From Octopus vulgaris (Eukaryota), in contig OX597815.1 in the NCBI GenBank assembly GCA_951406725.2, forward strand, positions 100,440,001-100,504,000: DNA of 64,000 nucleotides, read 5' to 3'. Below are positions 11,475 through 24,589 of this stretch, piece after piece. Numbering within the stretch: the first letter of the stretch is position 1; every line of letters starts with the position of its first letter. A model generated the notes under the pieces. That model saw only the letters and a program-made list of their open reading frames with translations. It did no database searches and was not told the DNA's origin. Position numbers and translations under genes: made by a program.

Positions 11475-13003
11475 GGCTCCCCTCCAGTGCGTACGCACGA
11501 AAGGAAACTTATTGTAGTGACTGCAAAACTCAAGGTGGACACCAGATAACCAAATAGCACACAAATAATATAATGGCAAAATTTATAACATACACAAGAA
11601 ATTTACTAAAGGAAAAAGAGAAAAAATACTCAATGAGCAAAAATCAAGAGTGCATGCATGAAAGTGTATACGTCACAAAGTATAGAGCCTTCCGCTGAAG
11701 GGAGCGAAAGAAAAGGCAGAACTCACTGTTAATGAACCTAAACGAAATTAAAATCCAACTTCTCTAAAGGTGGTTGATCCTGCAAAATAGCAGTTAAATC
11801 AATTGCTGCAGGAGAGGAAATGGAATTGACAGAAGCTCGCTAGTAACACAAAAGGCAAAAGTGCAAACATGCTGGTGTGATGCGCGACACAGATAATTTT
11901 CTGTTAATTACGTGACCAACAGTGGTCTAACAGGGAAAAATAATTACGCCTATAAATCGGCGCAGCGCATTTGAACATCCGACGTCTTATGAGTCGGGAA
12001 AAACTAAGCTAACGCAAACGTATTGCAAAAACAAGGCAAGTACACGTGCGAAGCAAGGCGCATGAAATGCAATAAGGGCTTGCCAGACCGAAAAAACAGC
12101 AATGAATATGCCAGTGGTTAAGCGATTATATGCCTCGTTCGTACAGGAACAAAGGTATGACATGCTGGCGCGTTATAATGAACAAACAACCCTCTCTATG
12201 TATACGTGACCAACCTAGGGTCTATAGAAATGAGGGGTGTCCACAAAAGGCAAATTTAGCATGGAACAAAACAAGCGAGAAAAGCACGTGTGACGTATGT
12301 ATGTGAGAGAGAGCAATTATGTGTGTGTACGTGTGTGCGACAGAAATACATACAAGGTGAATGCGAGCAAAATACAAAAAATACAGCGCATAGAAAAAAT
12401 GTCTCTCGGGCTATTCCAGACAAGAATTAATTTACCAGTCTGTAATAGCCTGATGTACAATAGCAGTTCGTTCTGTAACAGAAATGTTGAAATCACAAAA
12501 TGCAGATGCCGGTTGAACACATATCGTGTAACGGTTGTGGCTTCGATGCTGTGACAGGTTAACTGGAACAGAAGAATCTCGTAGATAGTCGGTGCTGTGA
12601 ATTCTTGGTGTGCTAATGCACAAACGGCAAGTGGACCAAACTTCCGCGAGTTGCTATGTACATCTTGGTGGAGGTCGACGGTGTTGAAAGGCGACGTTGG
12701 TGGTGGAAGGTGACTGTAGTGGACTTGGGACAACATCGTTCTTAGTGATGATGGCGACGAAGATAGCGACGACGTGAAGTAGACAGACGACGATGGTGAT
12801 GACGAAGGCAGAGAAAAAGCATCGATGAATTGATGGCGTTCGTCATCATGGCTGTAGAATAAGAAAAGAGGCTCCTTCTACAACTGTTTGTGGTGGCCGG
12901 AAACAAATCGTCGTAAGATGAATGCGTAGAGTTAAATCGTGTTCCGACTTCGCAGAAAAACTGGATTTTTTTGTTGATAAGTGATCTCTGGTTTTAGACC
13001 AGA

Positions 13004-13021
13004 ATCACGTCGGGGTCACCA
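13004..13021 (-). other. Primer binding site complementary to the tRNA-Trp 3' end
   Basis: Minus strand TGGTGACCCCGACGTGAT, 1 nt after the 5' LTR. The + strand ATCACGTCGGGGTCACCA equals the 3' 18 nt (including CCA) of animal tRNA-Trp as recalled. Confidence 0.88.
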
Positions 13022-13022
13022 G

Positions 13023-13626
13023 TGAAACGAACTTAGTGTGAGTGTCTATCCTCGTGGACTTTTGGGGTGCACAAAGCAATCTCTCACTAGCCGTTACTTT
13101 AATAATCCAGAATTCTACAAGTCAGAAATAACAAGACGCAGACGACAAATATATATATATATAACTACTTTATTCTCTTTCTTGGTAAACAATAACAATA
13201 AGTGTGTTATCTGATGTCCTTGATTCTGGGCGCGCAAGGCTGAAAGTTCATAGATTGTAATATTTACAATGTCCAGCCGATGAAAACAGAAAGGGTCCAA
13301 GATGGCGTCGAACAATGGAGACGATGTTGGTCTGCAACAATTTTGGTTAAAAGTCTTCGGCCAAAGGACTGCTAGAATCTAATCCTGACGGAGAGAATAT
13401 ATGCGTGACCGCCGCCTTCAATCGCTGGGTCCCAAGTCATTGCTTGCTGGACGCTAGCGGTCAAACGTTCTTGCCTCGCTAACTGCTACGTAGGCAATAG
13501 GGTCGTGCTACCGGTGGTTCGCGCATGCGCGAGAGGGCCTTCCTTTCTGTGCCTTGGTAAAGGCACCAACACGCGCGAAATACAAATGGGCGGTGCGCGA
13601 GCGCGCGCCGTTGTCGGATCACTACA
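13023..13626 (-). repeat. 5' LTR (604 bp)
   Basis: Starts TGTAGTG on minus, immediately followed by the PBS. Differs from the 3' LTR by 3 substitutions and one 10-bp indel by eye. Confidence 0.93.
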
Positions 13627-14580
13627 TATTAAAGCCGGTTATTTGGTGCACACCGCATTCTGAGTTTCCTCGTAACTTTCTGAAGAATACATTTTATTCT
13701 TATGAAATTTTGCTGACGTACATCTTTTGATAGTGCAGATTAAATTTATTAAAAAGATTTGAAGTAGGGAATCATCCGAAACTCACCCTAGAGTTATATG
13801 GAAGCAAAATCGGGAAGTGGTCCGAAACTTTTTTTATTTTTATTCTATCAACGTAATTGTATCGAAAATGTCTCTACAAAATCTCATTTTAAAATAGGCA
13901 TTTTTCTGAAAGTCGGGGTGGGGTGAGGAATAGGACACCAAACTGCAATTATGTCGGTATAAATTTGTCTACATCATATAGTAGTGACAGGGAGTTTTAA
14001 AATAATGTAGATGTTATGTTCTCATTTATTAACTAATGCTCTTGCTTAATCATAGCTAAACTTTGATCAAACACTTAGGATTAAGTCATGACCATACTGC
14101 CTTTATGAGAAGTGGGGTATCTTTTGTGTCAGTGATGAAGGCACGAACATCATGAAAAACGTGATCACTTATTAGAAATCTAGTCGAATTTCCCTCAAAT
14201 CACACCTAACAGTCTTTAAAAACGGAAGATCCATGGTACATTTAGAACTACAGTCTGCTATATCTGAATTAAGATGGATGATCACGGCTGGAATATTTTC
14301 TGTCATAGGTTTCCTCAATCCTTGGCAGACTTGGAACTTAACAATAACAGATGTAAAATGCTATCTTTCCCTTTAAGATACTAGAGTATGGAACAAAGGT
14401 GGTTTGCTACTATTTCTAGCAGGTCTAGCAAACCTCTAGAAGCTTCTTTGGTTCAGGATGTGTGATATGTGTTCTTTTATTTTATTCTTTCACTTTATTC
14501 AGTCATTGGACTACGACTCTGCTGGGGCACCACCTTGAAGGGTTTGTTTTGCTTTGTCCAGTCAACTCCAGTCTTATCTT

Positions 14581-15215
14581 ATATAATAATAATGAAATTA
14601 TTGTATACAGTGCTCAGGTGCACCACAACTTGTCAGAAAGTGCATATAAAGTACATGCAGTAATGTAGAAATGTCTGGAAAGCGAACAATGTATGAGTCA
14701 GATACATGCTTGTGTGTGTATGGAGGGGAGAAAATCAAGTGTAGTGTTGGCGAATCTCAGGAAGCATGGAAGTTTTGAAGGATGCAGTGCTCCGACAACT
14801 AACAACTGATGCCGGCAGTTTGTTCCATGCTTCAGCAACTCTCAGCGTGAAAAAATGTTTCCTGAAGTCATGGGAGCTGTGCTGTTTTCTTACTTTGTAA
14901 ATATGTTCAGGATATGGCAAATGACTGATGGAGGGTATTCTTTTGGTTGCACGTCGCTGAACAGCTTCCAGACGATTGATATCCTGGGCAAGATAGGGGT
15001 TCCAGACCGGTGATGTAAATTCCAGGTGAGGTCTTACCATAGCTATATAAAGCTGCAGATAGATAGCCGGAGAGCGGCTCACAAAGGATTTGGTGAGTGA
15101 TGCCAAGACACCCTCAGCCTTCTTGACAATTTTAGCGATGTGTTTTGTCCAACGCAAATCACTGTCGACAATAGCACCCAGGTCACGTTCACATGAAGAC
15201 TTTTTGAGACTAGTG
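14581..15215 (-). mobile_element. CR1-clade LINE 3' fragment with an internal deletion
   Basis: ERDLG..W..HI, LYIAMVRPHLEF.SPVWNPY, LEAVQRRATK and FFTLRVAEAWNKLP motifs. The RL..L.L..L..RR block is missing after LPYPE. Short (TAT)n tail. Confidence 0.88.
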
Positions 15216-16084
15216 TTATCAAACTGCTAAGTTTCAGGGATGTAAACAAACACTGATTGTGAATCAGTGACAAATATGTCCTATAGAAATATCTAACTGT
15301 AACTCTTTAATAATAGTTTTGTCTCTTTAGTAACCTGACAGGTTGAAGCAATGTGACCAATCATAATAATTGAGCTCTTTCAATGTAGCTACTTTCCCTA
15401 CACAGATATTGTTGGTACTCTACCTAGCTTCTGTAATCATCTGTTTCAAAGTTCTCTAGTTACTATGGAATTTATCTTCACTCCCTATATGTCTAGAATA
15501 AAATTGTGAAGATAAATATGACAGTATTAAGAGTGAGTATTTCTCCTATTTAAATTTAAATATTTTGGCTTTTGATACCTCAAAAGTATAAAAACATAAC
15601 CAAGGTATGTCCCTATTATTATTTCTAATATATATATGCTATTGTTTAGCCCCAATGATCAAAGGAGTCCAGCTGTGATCACCCTGACTTATTTGTAGTA
15701 TGTCAAGGATGATATTATCCAATGTGTCCTATATATTTCTAACTTAGACAGAAGTCCACACTTATTTTGAGGAGAGGTATAGTAATTGAATCACCAGTGC
15801 TTTACTGGGAAATATTTCGTTGACTTTAGAGATATGCAATGCAAAATTGACTTTAGATCTGGTTTCAGATTTTGGCACAAGGCCAGCAATTTCAGGAGAA
15901 GGGGTAAGTTGGTTACATTGACACCAGTATTCAACTGGTACTTATTTTATTGACTCTGAAAGGCCAAGTCAAATTCAACAGCATTTCAATGAAGGATGTA
16001 AAGATGGTTGAAATGCAGCTAAGCATTTTGCCCCACATGCTGACAATTCTGTCAGCGCTCAGCCTTAGAACATCTCTAAATATT

Positions 16085-16299
16085 CTTTTCTACTCTAGGC
16101 ACAAGGCCCGAAATTTTGGGGGTGGAGGACCAGTCGATTAGATCGACCCCAGTATGCAACTGAGTCTTAATTTATCGATCCTCAAAGGATGAAAGGCAAA
16201 GTTGACCTCGGCGGAATTTGAACTCTGAACGTAAAGACAGATGAAATACCGCTAAGCATTTCGCCCAGCATGCTAGTGTTTCTGCCTGCTCGCCGCCTT
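16085..16299 (-). mobile_element. SINE with a Meta/MESC-like core (young copy; older copy adjacent at ~15862-16065)
   Basis: tRNA-like head (GTTCAAATTCC B-box) plus GCCTTTCATCCTTT..GATAAATTAAG core. 15/16 TSD AACATC(T/A)CTAAATATT at 16069-16084 and 16300-16315. Confidence 0.85.
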
Positions 16300-17305
16300 A
16301 ACATCACTAAATATTACAAGATGTTTTGTATGACTCCACTCTTTCCACTATTATGACTACCCTGCTATTTGTAATATGACTCAGAATTAAGTAAAATTTG
16401 TTTTAAATTAAATTTGTGAATTTAGACTCTTAAAGAATTTTAGGTGACCCATAGTATAATTTTATAGATGTAATGGGAAGGAGTTGAAAATTATGGTACA
16501 GTACTGAGAGATTACTAAGGTTAGTTTTTGTTGTTTAGCACCAGTCAGACTTGATTATGATCAGACATTCCATTCAGCTGTGATGAGCCATGATATTGAC
16601 TCAAATACTAATGGTTAAATCAAATCAGTAAGGTATTAGACAATTAGCTGAAGGGTTACTTAACAATTATGTCACAGACACTGTCATTTCAGTAACCAAG
16701 ACAGACTTGTAATGGCTGGGTGTGTCTAGCTGTAGGTATCCACCATAGGATGATAAGGTTCACCATTATAAACAATGTCAATATTATGAAATAGTTCATT
16801 AGTGTACAGTGCTGAGCTATTTTTCCGATATCTTTTCCTGCTAGAAGTTCAATTCTGCCAATAGGAAAAGATGATACCTGCAGTAGGTCTGCAACCTATC
16901 TAGACGATTTAATTCTCCACTTAACACCATGGAAATCAGAAATAAACACTGCTCTGTGGACCTTCATGATTTTGATGAATATCATCTCCACCTAGGCCCA
17001 GTTCACATATCTGTCTCTAATCCCCTGATCACTCCAGCCCTTCACTAAAAATTTCCTCTCAAATCAATTATGTTAATTCTCCGGAATTCTCTTCCTGCAG
17101 AAGTAAACTTACAGTTGTTCAAACTGAGCATCAACCATGTCTGTATCACATATCTGATATGCCTTACACAGGTCATAGGCATTGAACCTGGATGGAGAAA
17201 AAGTTGAAGCCCACCCCACCAAAAAAGCATCAATGATAGCTCCTTACTATTTGTCTTATAACTATTTCTGAAATTTTGTTTTATGATGTGAGTCCTAATT
17301 CAAAA

Positions 17306-17550
17306 TTAACACTTTGAACCCTTATGTACACTTAAGTACATGCAATTTCATTTGTCTATAGACAAATGAAATTGGAAAACACAAAAATCATGCAGCCACA
17401 AGGTTGTGTGTTTACCACTGAAAATAATGTTTCTACCAATTAACAAACTGTAAAGACAAAACCATGTAGCCACCCACTTTTGCATCTCCCAAAGGTATAG
17501 TCAAACGAAATCATGCCTGCTAAAGTGTACTCACAGGTTCAAAAGGTTAA
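17306..17550. mobile_element. TTAA MITE with an internal 32-bp perfect palindrome
   Basis: ~28-bp imperfect TIRs TTAACACTTTGAACCC / GGTTCAAAAGGTTAA; palindrome at 17343-17374. Confidence 0.72.
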
Positions 17551-17789
17551 GAAGTTGGACAGGCTAGAAAATATAACTGTAAAAATAGTTAATCAACAAT
17601 AAGATAATGCTCAACACTACAAAACTCTTCCTACCATGCTATCATGGACAGAAATATCTCCACTTAAATTAATGTTGATGTCTGGCAGACCTATAATCAA
17701 AGATGTTCCACTTATAACCTTCCCATTTTTATCTCGGGCATTACTAATCAAAGATGACATTGTCTAATGTGTTCTTCAGCAGTGAAAGT

Positions 17790-18262
17790 GTTGGTAAAGT
17801 TTCAGAACTATTACTTTTGTTGGCAATGAAGGATTTCCTCACTCTGAGTGAAAGGCAGATCATACAACACTTGTGAAAAACACAATGCCACAAGGTAGTG
17901 GAACATGGACATTGAATGAAAGGGCTGAAAAGAAATATGGTGAGCTTGCTCAATTGGTTGTGTAATGTCAGCATGTATAAATGACAGAGCACAGCTGAGC
18001 TAAGAAAATGAACAAGTACTAAGCTGTAATGTGCAAGAGGGAAGACTGCAATTGTATGGATGGATATGAAGGCTGATAGTTGGGTGAAGAAAGTCAAACT
18101 ACCAAAATTAGGAGTCTGATGAAAGGATGTTGGAAGTGATCTCAGAATGCTGAACCTTATAAAGAGGATAAGAGATTGTAACATATGGCAAGACTATACT
18201 GTAGTGTGGATACATCCAAACCATACTGGATGGAAAATAAAAACAGGTATAATGTGATGATG
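17790..18262 (+). mobile_element. Old RTE 3' fragment
   Basis: Degenerate match to the WAKFRELLPLL / VKGRLY / GSETW / CNVS region and to the 3' tail. Confidence 0.65.
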
Positions 18263-20725
18263 GCTATTTTTATTAAGCTGTGAGCTAGCAGAATCATTAG
18301 CACACCAGGCATTTCATCTGTCCTTATGTTCTGGGTTCAAATTCCACTGAGGTCAACTAGCCTTTCATCCTGTCAGAGTCAATGAAATAAGTACTGAAAA
18401 TGCACTTGGGGTCAATATAATAGACTAGGCCCCTCCTCCAGATATTAGGCCTTGTGCCTATAATAGAAAGGATTATTATTTACATTCTGATTTCAAATCC
18501 TGCTGAGGTCATCTTTGTTCATCCTTCCTGGGGCAATAAAATAATGTACCAGTCAAGTACTGGAGTCATTGGTATCAATATAACCCCTTCTTCTCAAAAT
18601 TGCTGGCTTTGTACCTAAATCAGAAATATTTCTCAATTACCCAAGCAGTAAAGTGTCTGGAAATCTGGAGTTGTTGTTGTTTGTGAGAAGAGAAGAAATT
18701 TGTAAGATTAAAAATAATGTTAGTTCAGTTCACAGAAACTTTCTGACAAGAGAAGCAATAAGTATGCTAATAATCTTGATGATGATTTGAAAGATTTTGG
18801 CTGTTATTACTAACAGGTTGAGTGACCAGGTAAAGGCTACTCCTGCAGGCTTGCCATTGAGATTTTGCTAACAGCTGCACTATTCGTAAGCATCTTTTAT
18901 TCGCTTGTAGTAATTAAGTTTACATTATATTGGGATATAATGTCTTTTTGTTTTCTTTGTAAATAACTTTCATTACTGTCAATATTTAAATATACTAAAC
19001 AAAACAATTTACCACTAATATACTATTTATATTATGATATTGCCAGTGTAGATCTTGGCTATCAAACTGGAGAAAGAGTTGATGCCATTGTTGTGTAGCC
19101 ACTGGCCTATTCTCATCAAATAGACCTGTGACCAAAAGCATTCTAAGTGAAACCATCCTATCTTTTTAGGAACATTATCCAGTGTGTTCTCTCCTTAAGA
19201 CACTAATAGGTGATTTGAGGGAAATTTAGCTTCTATTTCTAGCAGGTTCAGGAACAACATTGAGGTTACGTTAATAGTTTGTGAGGAAAAGGTTTCACTT
19301 TAAGGTATATTTTTCTACTAGTAGAAATAGAATGACCAAGAGAAGGAAGTATTATGGTTACTTATTGATAGGTCATAAGTTCAAATTCAGTGTGTGTCCT
19401 TGTTTCTTTGACTAGAACACTTCATTCTACATTGTCTCACTTGTGTTGTCTTGGGTCTGTTGTGATGAAGCTGATATGTAGCACACAGTCAACCAACTAA
19501 CATAGTGTGACTCACAGACCTGATGTTCAGCTATGCCAGGATGCTGCCTAGCTGAGGACTTCACTGTATATGTTACTATATGATGCTAAATTGTTTGTGA
19601 TGCAGTGTAACTGTCTGGGCATATTGTTGTCTTTGTCTCTCTTGCTCTCCGCCCCCCCCTCCCTGTCCAGTCTATTTCTTTATGCCTTTAGATTCTGGAG
19701 GTATCTGGGGCAGAGGCAAGTGAGGTGAATACACTCAGTGTGACAGTTCTGTTCCTCTGTACTTTTGGTGGTGTGTATTCTCATTGGAAAGGTATTAAAT
19801 CACTAAAGAATGTGTCCTGCATTAGTTTACTGTCTTATCCAATGTGATATTCATTTCTCATTTACTTAAAACTGCAAAAACCAAAGACAAACACTGGCCC
19901 TTTAAAAACCCTCAAGTTATCTAAGGATTTACTATGCAATCATTTGGCCCATTAAGAAATCTCCCTAAAATCACTCTATAATATCTTTAAAAATGACAGA
20001 TATATTGGATTATGTAATCTGGGGTATGCTAGTTCTACTACCAACTAAAACAATTATATTATCAACAAACCAACAATGGAGGCCTCTGTGTAATTATTCA
20101 ACCTGCTAGCAATAGTGGTCAAATCTCTGTATTCACACCAAACTTTCTCAAAAGAAAACACATTTGCATAATTTGGTCCCAGATGTACTGTGCCTGAGAA
20201 AAGATTTGATCATGGCTGGAATACCTTTGATATCTCGTTTGCTCAAATAAATCTAACTCATGGCTAACAACAATGACAGTACTAACAATGTAAGCCTGTA
20301 TGTGGACTAACTGTTAGAAATATCCAAATCTCCCTCAAATCAAACTTAGTAACCTTTAATAAATAAAAGGCTGACCTTATAAAACAACAATACTATAAGA
20401 AAAAGAAACTGTTGGGTCCTTTTTTGACATGAACTTCAGGGAAATACTTTGACAAGATAAAATACTTGAATTATGCAAAAGGAAACTGATTTTTAAAGAG
20501 AGAATTTGTATGTGAAAATGATTTCTTAGGGAGATACAAAGCTTCAGTTATGTGAGGGAAAATGTAGGGATTTGAATAGACTTCATATCCTTCACATTAA
20601 TAATTCTGATAATTTACTCACAGAGTCAGCCTGATTCCCAAATGGTATGATATGTTGGGCTATGGCCTCTAGGAGTAAAGTTGAAAAAGTGTGACACACA
20701 TTCACATTTATTATATATATATTAA

Positions 20726-20944
20726 GGCGACGAGCTAGCAGAATTGTTAGCATGCCAGATAAAATACTTAGCAGTATTTCATCTGCTGTTAGGTTTTGAG
20801 TTTGAATTCTGCTGAGGTTGACTTTGCTTTTCATCCTTTTGGGGTGGATAAAATTAGTACTAGTTACATACTGGGGTCGATGTAATTGACTTAATCCCTT
20901 TCCCCAAAATTTGAGACCTTGTGCTTCCAGTAGAAAGGATTTAT
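20726..20944 (+). mobile_element. Meta-core SINE (others at ~18276-18630 +, 49225-49370 -, 50060-50185 +, 58187-58378 -)
   Basis: Same consensus as 16085-16299; flanked by a ~40-bp imperfect direct repeat. Confidence 0.85.
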
Positions 20945-22492
20945 TAAAGTTGCAAAAGTGTGATTCACTGACATTCACATTTATTATATGTTTAATTTTG
21001 GGGAAATTTTATTTCAATTAAAGTATATTTTATGTGTGTATGTATGTATAGAGTGTTGGAAGTGGTGTACAGATATTGAATATTGAGAAAAGAGGAGCTT
21101 TTGGGGGGAAAAATTTTTATTTAGTCATTATTATTAGTGATTTCTTCTAACATTTATATAAATCAGGTTTCTTTTTTTCTTTTTTTTTTAAAGAGAACAT
21201 TGGGTTTTTTGTTTTTTGGGGTGAGGTTTCAGGACAATGGAGATGGATAGACAGACAGATAGATAGGTAGTGTGATGGAGGGGGGATTTCTTTTCAATTT
21301 GGAATTCGTTTTACCATTGTGTAGCTACTGGCATGAGACATGAGTTCAAGGATGGGGTGTGGCCATCACTAAAAGCATTTTTTTTCTTAAGGTGCCAAGA
21401 AGGAAGGTTTCTTTTAATTTCAAGATTTTGCATGAACAAACATTTACACAATATTTACATATTAGAAAAATAAAACCCACTGTTATATGGATGAGTATCA
21501 TGTTAAATATTGGGGAAGAGACAACATGCATGTGTGTGTATATATATATATGTGTGTGTGTGTGTGGTGACAGGAATTTCTCTCTCAAAGAGACATGGTT
21601 AAACAAAGTTGTACATTATCTCCCTCTTTCTCTCTCTCTCTCTCTCTTATTACTCCCACTGCCACCATCAACACTACTACTCTTAATAAAACATCATCAA
21701 CTCTCCCTAAATTTCTTTCTCTCTCTCTCTCTTTGCCACTGCCCTCACTGTCTCTATGCCTACTATTACTCTCACACCAACACAAGGAATAGTAGAAGTG
21801 TTGTTGAATAGTGTGACACACTGACACACAAAAATTTGGTTTTGCATTTTTTATATTAGAAGATGGCCTCAGATGAGTTGATGTCAGAAGATTGAAAATA
21901 GTGAGGAACTATGTTAATTATACTTTCACTTTCCTGAAAACCCAAACAATTCAAAATGAGCCACTGAAGAAGCCTTTGTGTTTGACTTGTTAGAAATAGT
22001 TGTCAAAACTCTCAACACACAGCTATTTTTAGTGGGGTATTATTTGAGGGAGTTTTGGTTATTAATTCTAACAGATCAAGCAACAATGTAGAGGCTACAC
22101 TCACTCATGCATCAAAAGCTAGGAGATCCCTTTAACAAAATTAAGTTTTTGATACATTATCCTTTACACTTCAAATCTAAGCTATGCTGTCTTAGCCCCT
22201 GAGTCAGTCCTGTTCAAAGAAACCTATTATTAAAACCATTCCAGTCTTGACCATACTCTATAATTTTTTTTATTATTTAAACTTTAAGCATTTGTATCCT
22301 TCCTCCTTTAAAATATGGTAGGATGTGTGATTTGTGGGAAATTTGGCTGCTATTTTTGCCAATCTAGTGATTTTCCCCGTTGGTTAATCAGCAGTTCTTG
22401 TTTAAACAGAAATCAGTTCTGATCCAGCAGACTTGTGTTCTAAAGTATTGCAACTGTGGCCATCCGATCAGTGTCTCTGGGATTATTATATA

Positions 22493-22981
22493 CAGGGGTT
22501 GGACAAAATAATGAAAACACCTTAAAATTTCAAACAAATTTATTGTAATATGAGGTAGGACTGCCTTTGGCAGTAATTACAGTTTGAATTGTTTCCAAAA
22601 GAATTTTGTCCATTCTTCAGCTAAAACAGTCTCCAGTTCTTGCAGTGATGATGGTGGAGGATATCAACTCCTTACTTATTTTTCTAAAATGCACCAAAAA
22701 TGTTCAATAATATTGAGATCTAGGGACTATGGTGGCCAGATAAGATGTTCAACTTCACTAGAATGTTCTTTGTGCCGACAATTTGACCTCTTTGAAAGTT
22801 CGATAGATCTGTCATTTTAATGAATTTTTTCTGATATCTGAAAAGAAACAGTAATTTTAGCAAAACATATTAAGCAATACTAATAATAAATCAAAAGACA
22901 AAAATAAACAAGCTTTTGATGGTTTTATAGATATTTCAAAAGTATGATTCTAGGTGTTTCCATTATTTTGTCCAACCGCTG
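22493..22981 (-). mobile_element. Tc1-family internal-deletion derivative (489 bp)
   Basis: 29-bp TIRs CAGGGGTTGGACAAAATAATGAAAACACC / GGTGTTTCCATTATTTTGTCCAACCGCTG with left TA. Relic WPP*SLDLNIIEHFW...LQELETVLAEEWTKI. Confidence 0.87.
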
Positions 22982-24116
22982 TTATTATCATGTGTGTGTG
23001 TATATATATATATATATATACACACACACATACATACATACACACAAGTGTGGCTGTGTGGTAAGAAGCTTGCTTCCCAACCACATGGTTCCAGGTTCAG
23101 TCCCACTGCATGGCACTTTAGGCAAGTGTCTTCTACTATAGCTTCAGGCTGACCAAAGCCTTATGAGTGGTTTTGGTAAAAGGGAAACTGAAAGAAGCCC
23201 ATCGTTTACACACATATATATATATGTGTGTGTGTGTATTATCATTGTAATATAAGGTAGTAGGTTGTGATTTGAGGGGGGTAAAAATAGCCACAAAATC
23301 TCCATCACAACCTATGCTACATTGTTTTTTGTTTTTTAAATAATTTCCCTCTCGTGAGAAAGTAGGTGTTAATCATTATAAATAGATTAGTTCTCAAAAC
23401 ATTAAATTATAAAAGACCTGCTTGATCTGGGCTAACCTGTTGCTAAGCAACAAGATCCCATGACAACTTGGAATTTGAAGCATTGGGGATAATGTGTCAA
23501 AAACCCTATTTTTGTTGATAAAGGAATCCCTTTCATAACTTGGAAACATTAGCTTTTGATGCATGAATGATTGTACCTTCAATGATACTACTATTCAGTA
23601 TATAAATCAATCTCCCCTGGCAACAGTGTTGCTATGGGTGAAGACATTTATCTACTCAGTGAAGATATTTAGTTAAATGCTATAGTCAGAATAATGTCCT
23701 ATTCATTGGCTGAAGGGCTTGAGATACAAAAAAATTAATAAGAATGACTTTTCTGATAAATCATATTCCACTTCAAAGATGAGACATCTACAAACATCTA
23801 ATGATTTGTAAACATCTAATCATTAAAGTGGAAAATAATTATCAAAATTATTCTTCATTTTTTTTTTCAAACATACATTACTATACCAAGGATTTTCTAT
23901 TTCACTCTGTGTGTGTGTGCGTGTGTGTATCTCATTATCATCCCTTAACATCCATGTGTATATATATAGATAGATAGATATTGGAGTAACAGCATGTTTA
24001 TATCTGGCCAGTAATATTATGTTGTATCTCTATCAGAGTGATGTTGTTTTCTAAATTCATTGCTAAATAGACTGAATCTACCTAGCATTGAATAGTGCCA
24101 CACACACACACATAAA

Positions 24117-24390
24117 GGTGCATGGATCAGTGGTTAGGGTGTCAGACTTACAATCGTGAGGTTGTGAGTTTGATTCCTAGATCAAGCTCTGTGTTGTGCT
24201 CTTTACACTACTCCAGTTCACTCAGCCTTTTGCCTTTCCTTTGGACAACATTGGTGTGGAGAGGGGAGACTGGTATGCATGAGCGACTGCTGGTCTTCCA
24301 CAAACAACCTTGCCTAGACTTGTGCCTCAGAGGGGAATTTTCTAGGGGCAATCCCATGGTCATTCATGACCAAAGCAGGGTCTTTACTCT
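24117..24390 (+). mobile_element. tRNA-derived SINE family 3
   Basis: tRNA-like head TGGATCAGTGGTTAG...GAGTTTGATTCC followed by a non-tRNA body; inserted after a (CA)n run. Confidence 0.6.
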
Positions 24391-24589
24391 CCCCTCCCCC
24401 ACCACACACGCAGAGATCATTCACCATGACCACAGTGACTTTACATCAAACTTACATTTCTAACAAATAAATGCTCAATTAGATGTCACAGCTGAACTTA
24501 AAACATATGAACTTGTAAAAAGGAATTACAAACTGTTTTGACAAATCGTCTGGCATATACACTCAAGGAAATGTTCATAATACAGTTTT

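Larger units (their letters stand above)
10861..13626 (-). mobile_element. Young non-autonomous LTR retrotransposon (Ty3/Gypsy-like ends), 2766 bp
   Basis: Two TG..CA LTRs (10861-11474, 13023-13626). 4-bp TSD TATT (10857-10860 and 13627-13630). PBS and PPT on the minus strand. The 1548-bp interior has no recognisable RT or integrase. Confidence 0.93.

Noticed and set aside
13003-13021. tRNA-Trp gene
   Set aside because: Only the 3' 18-19 nt including CCA are present; it is the LTR element's PBS. The SINE heads likewise do not form full cloverleaves.
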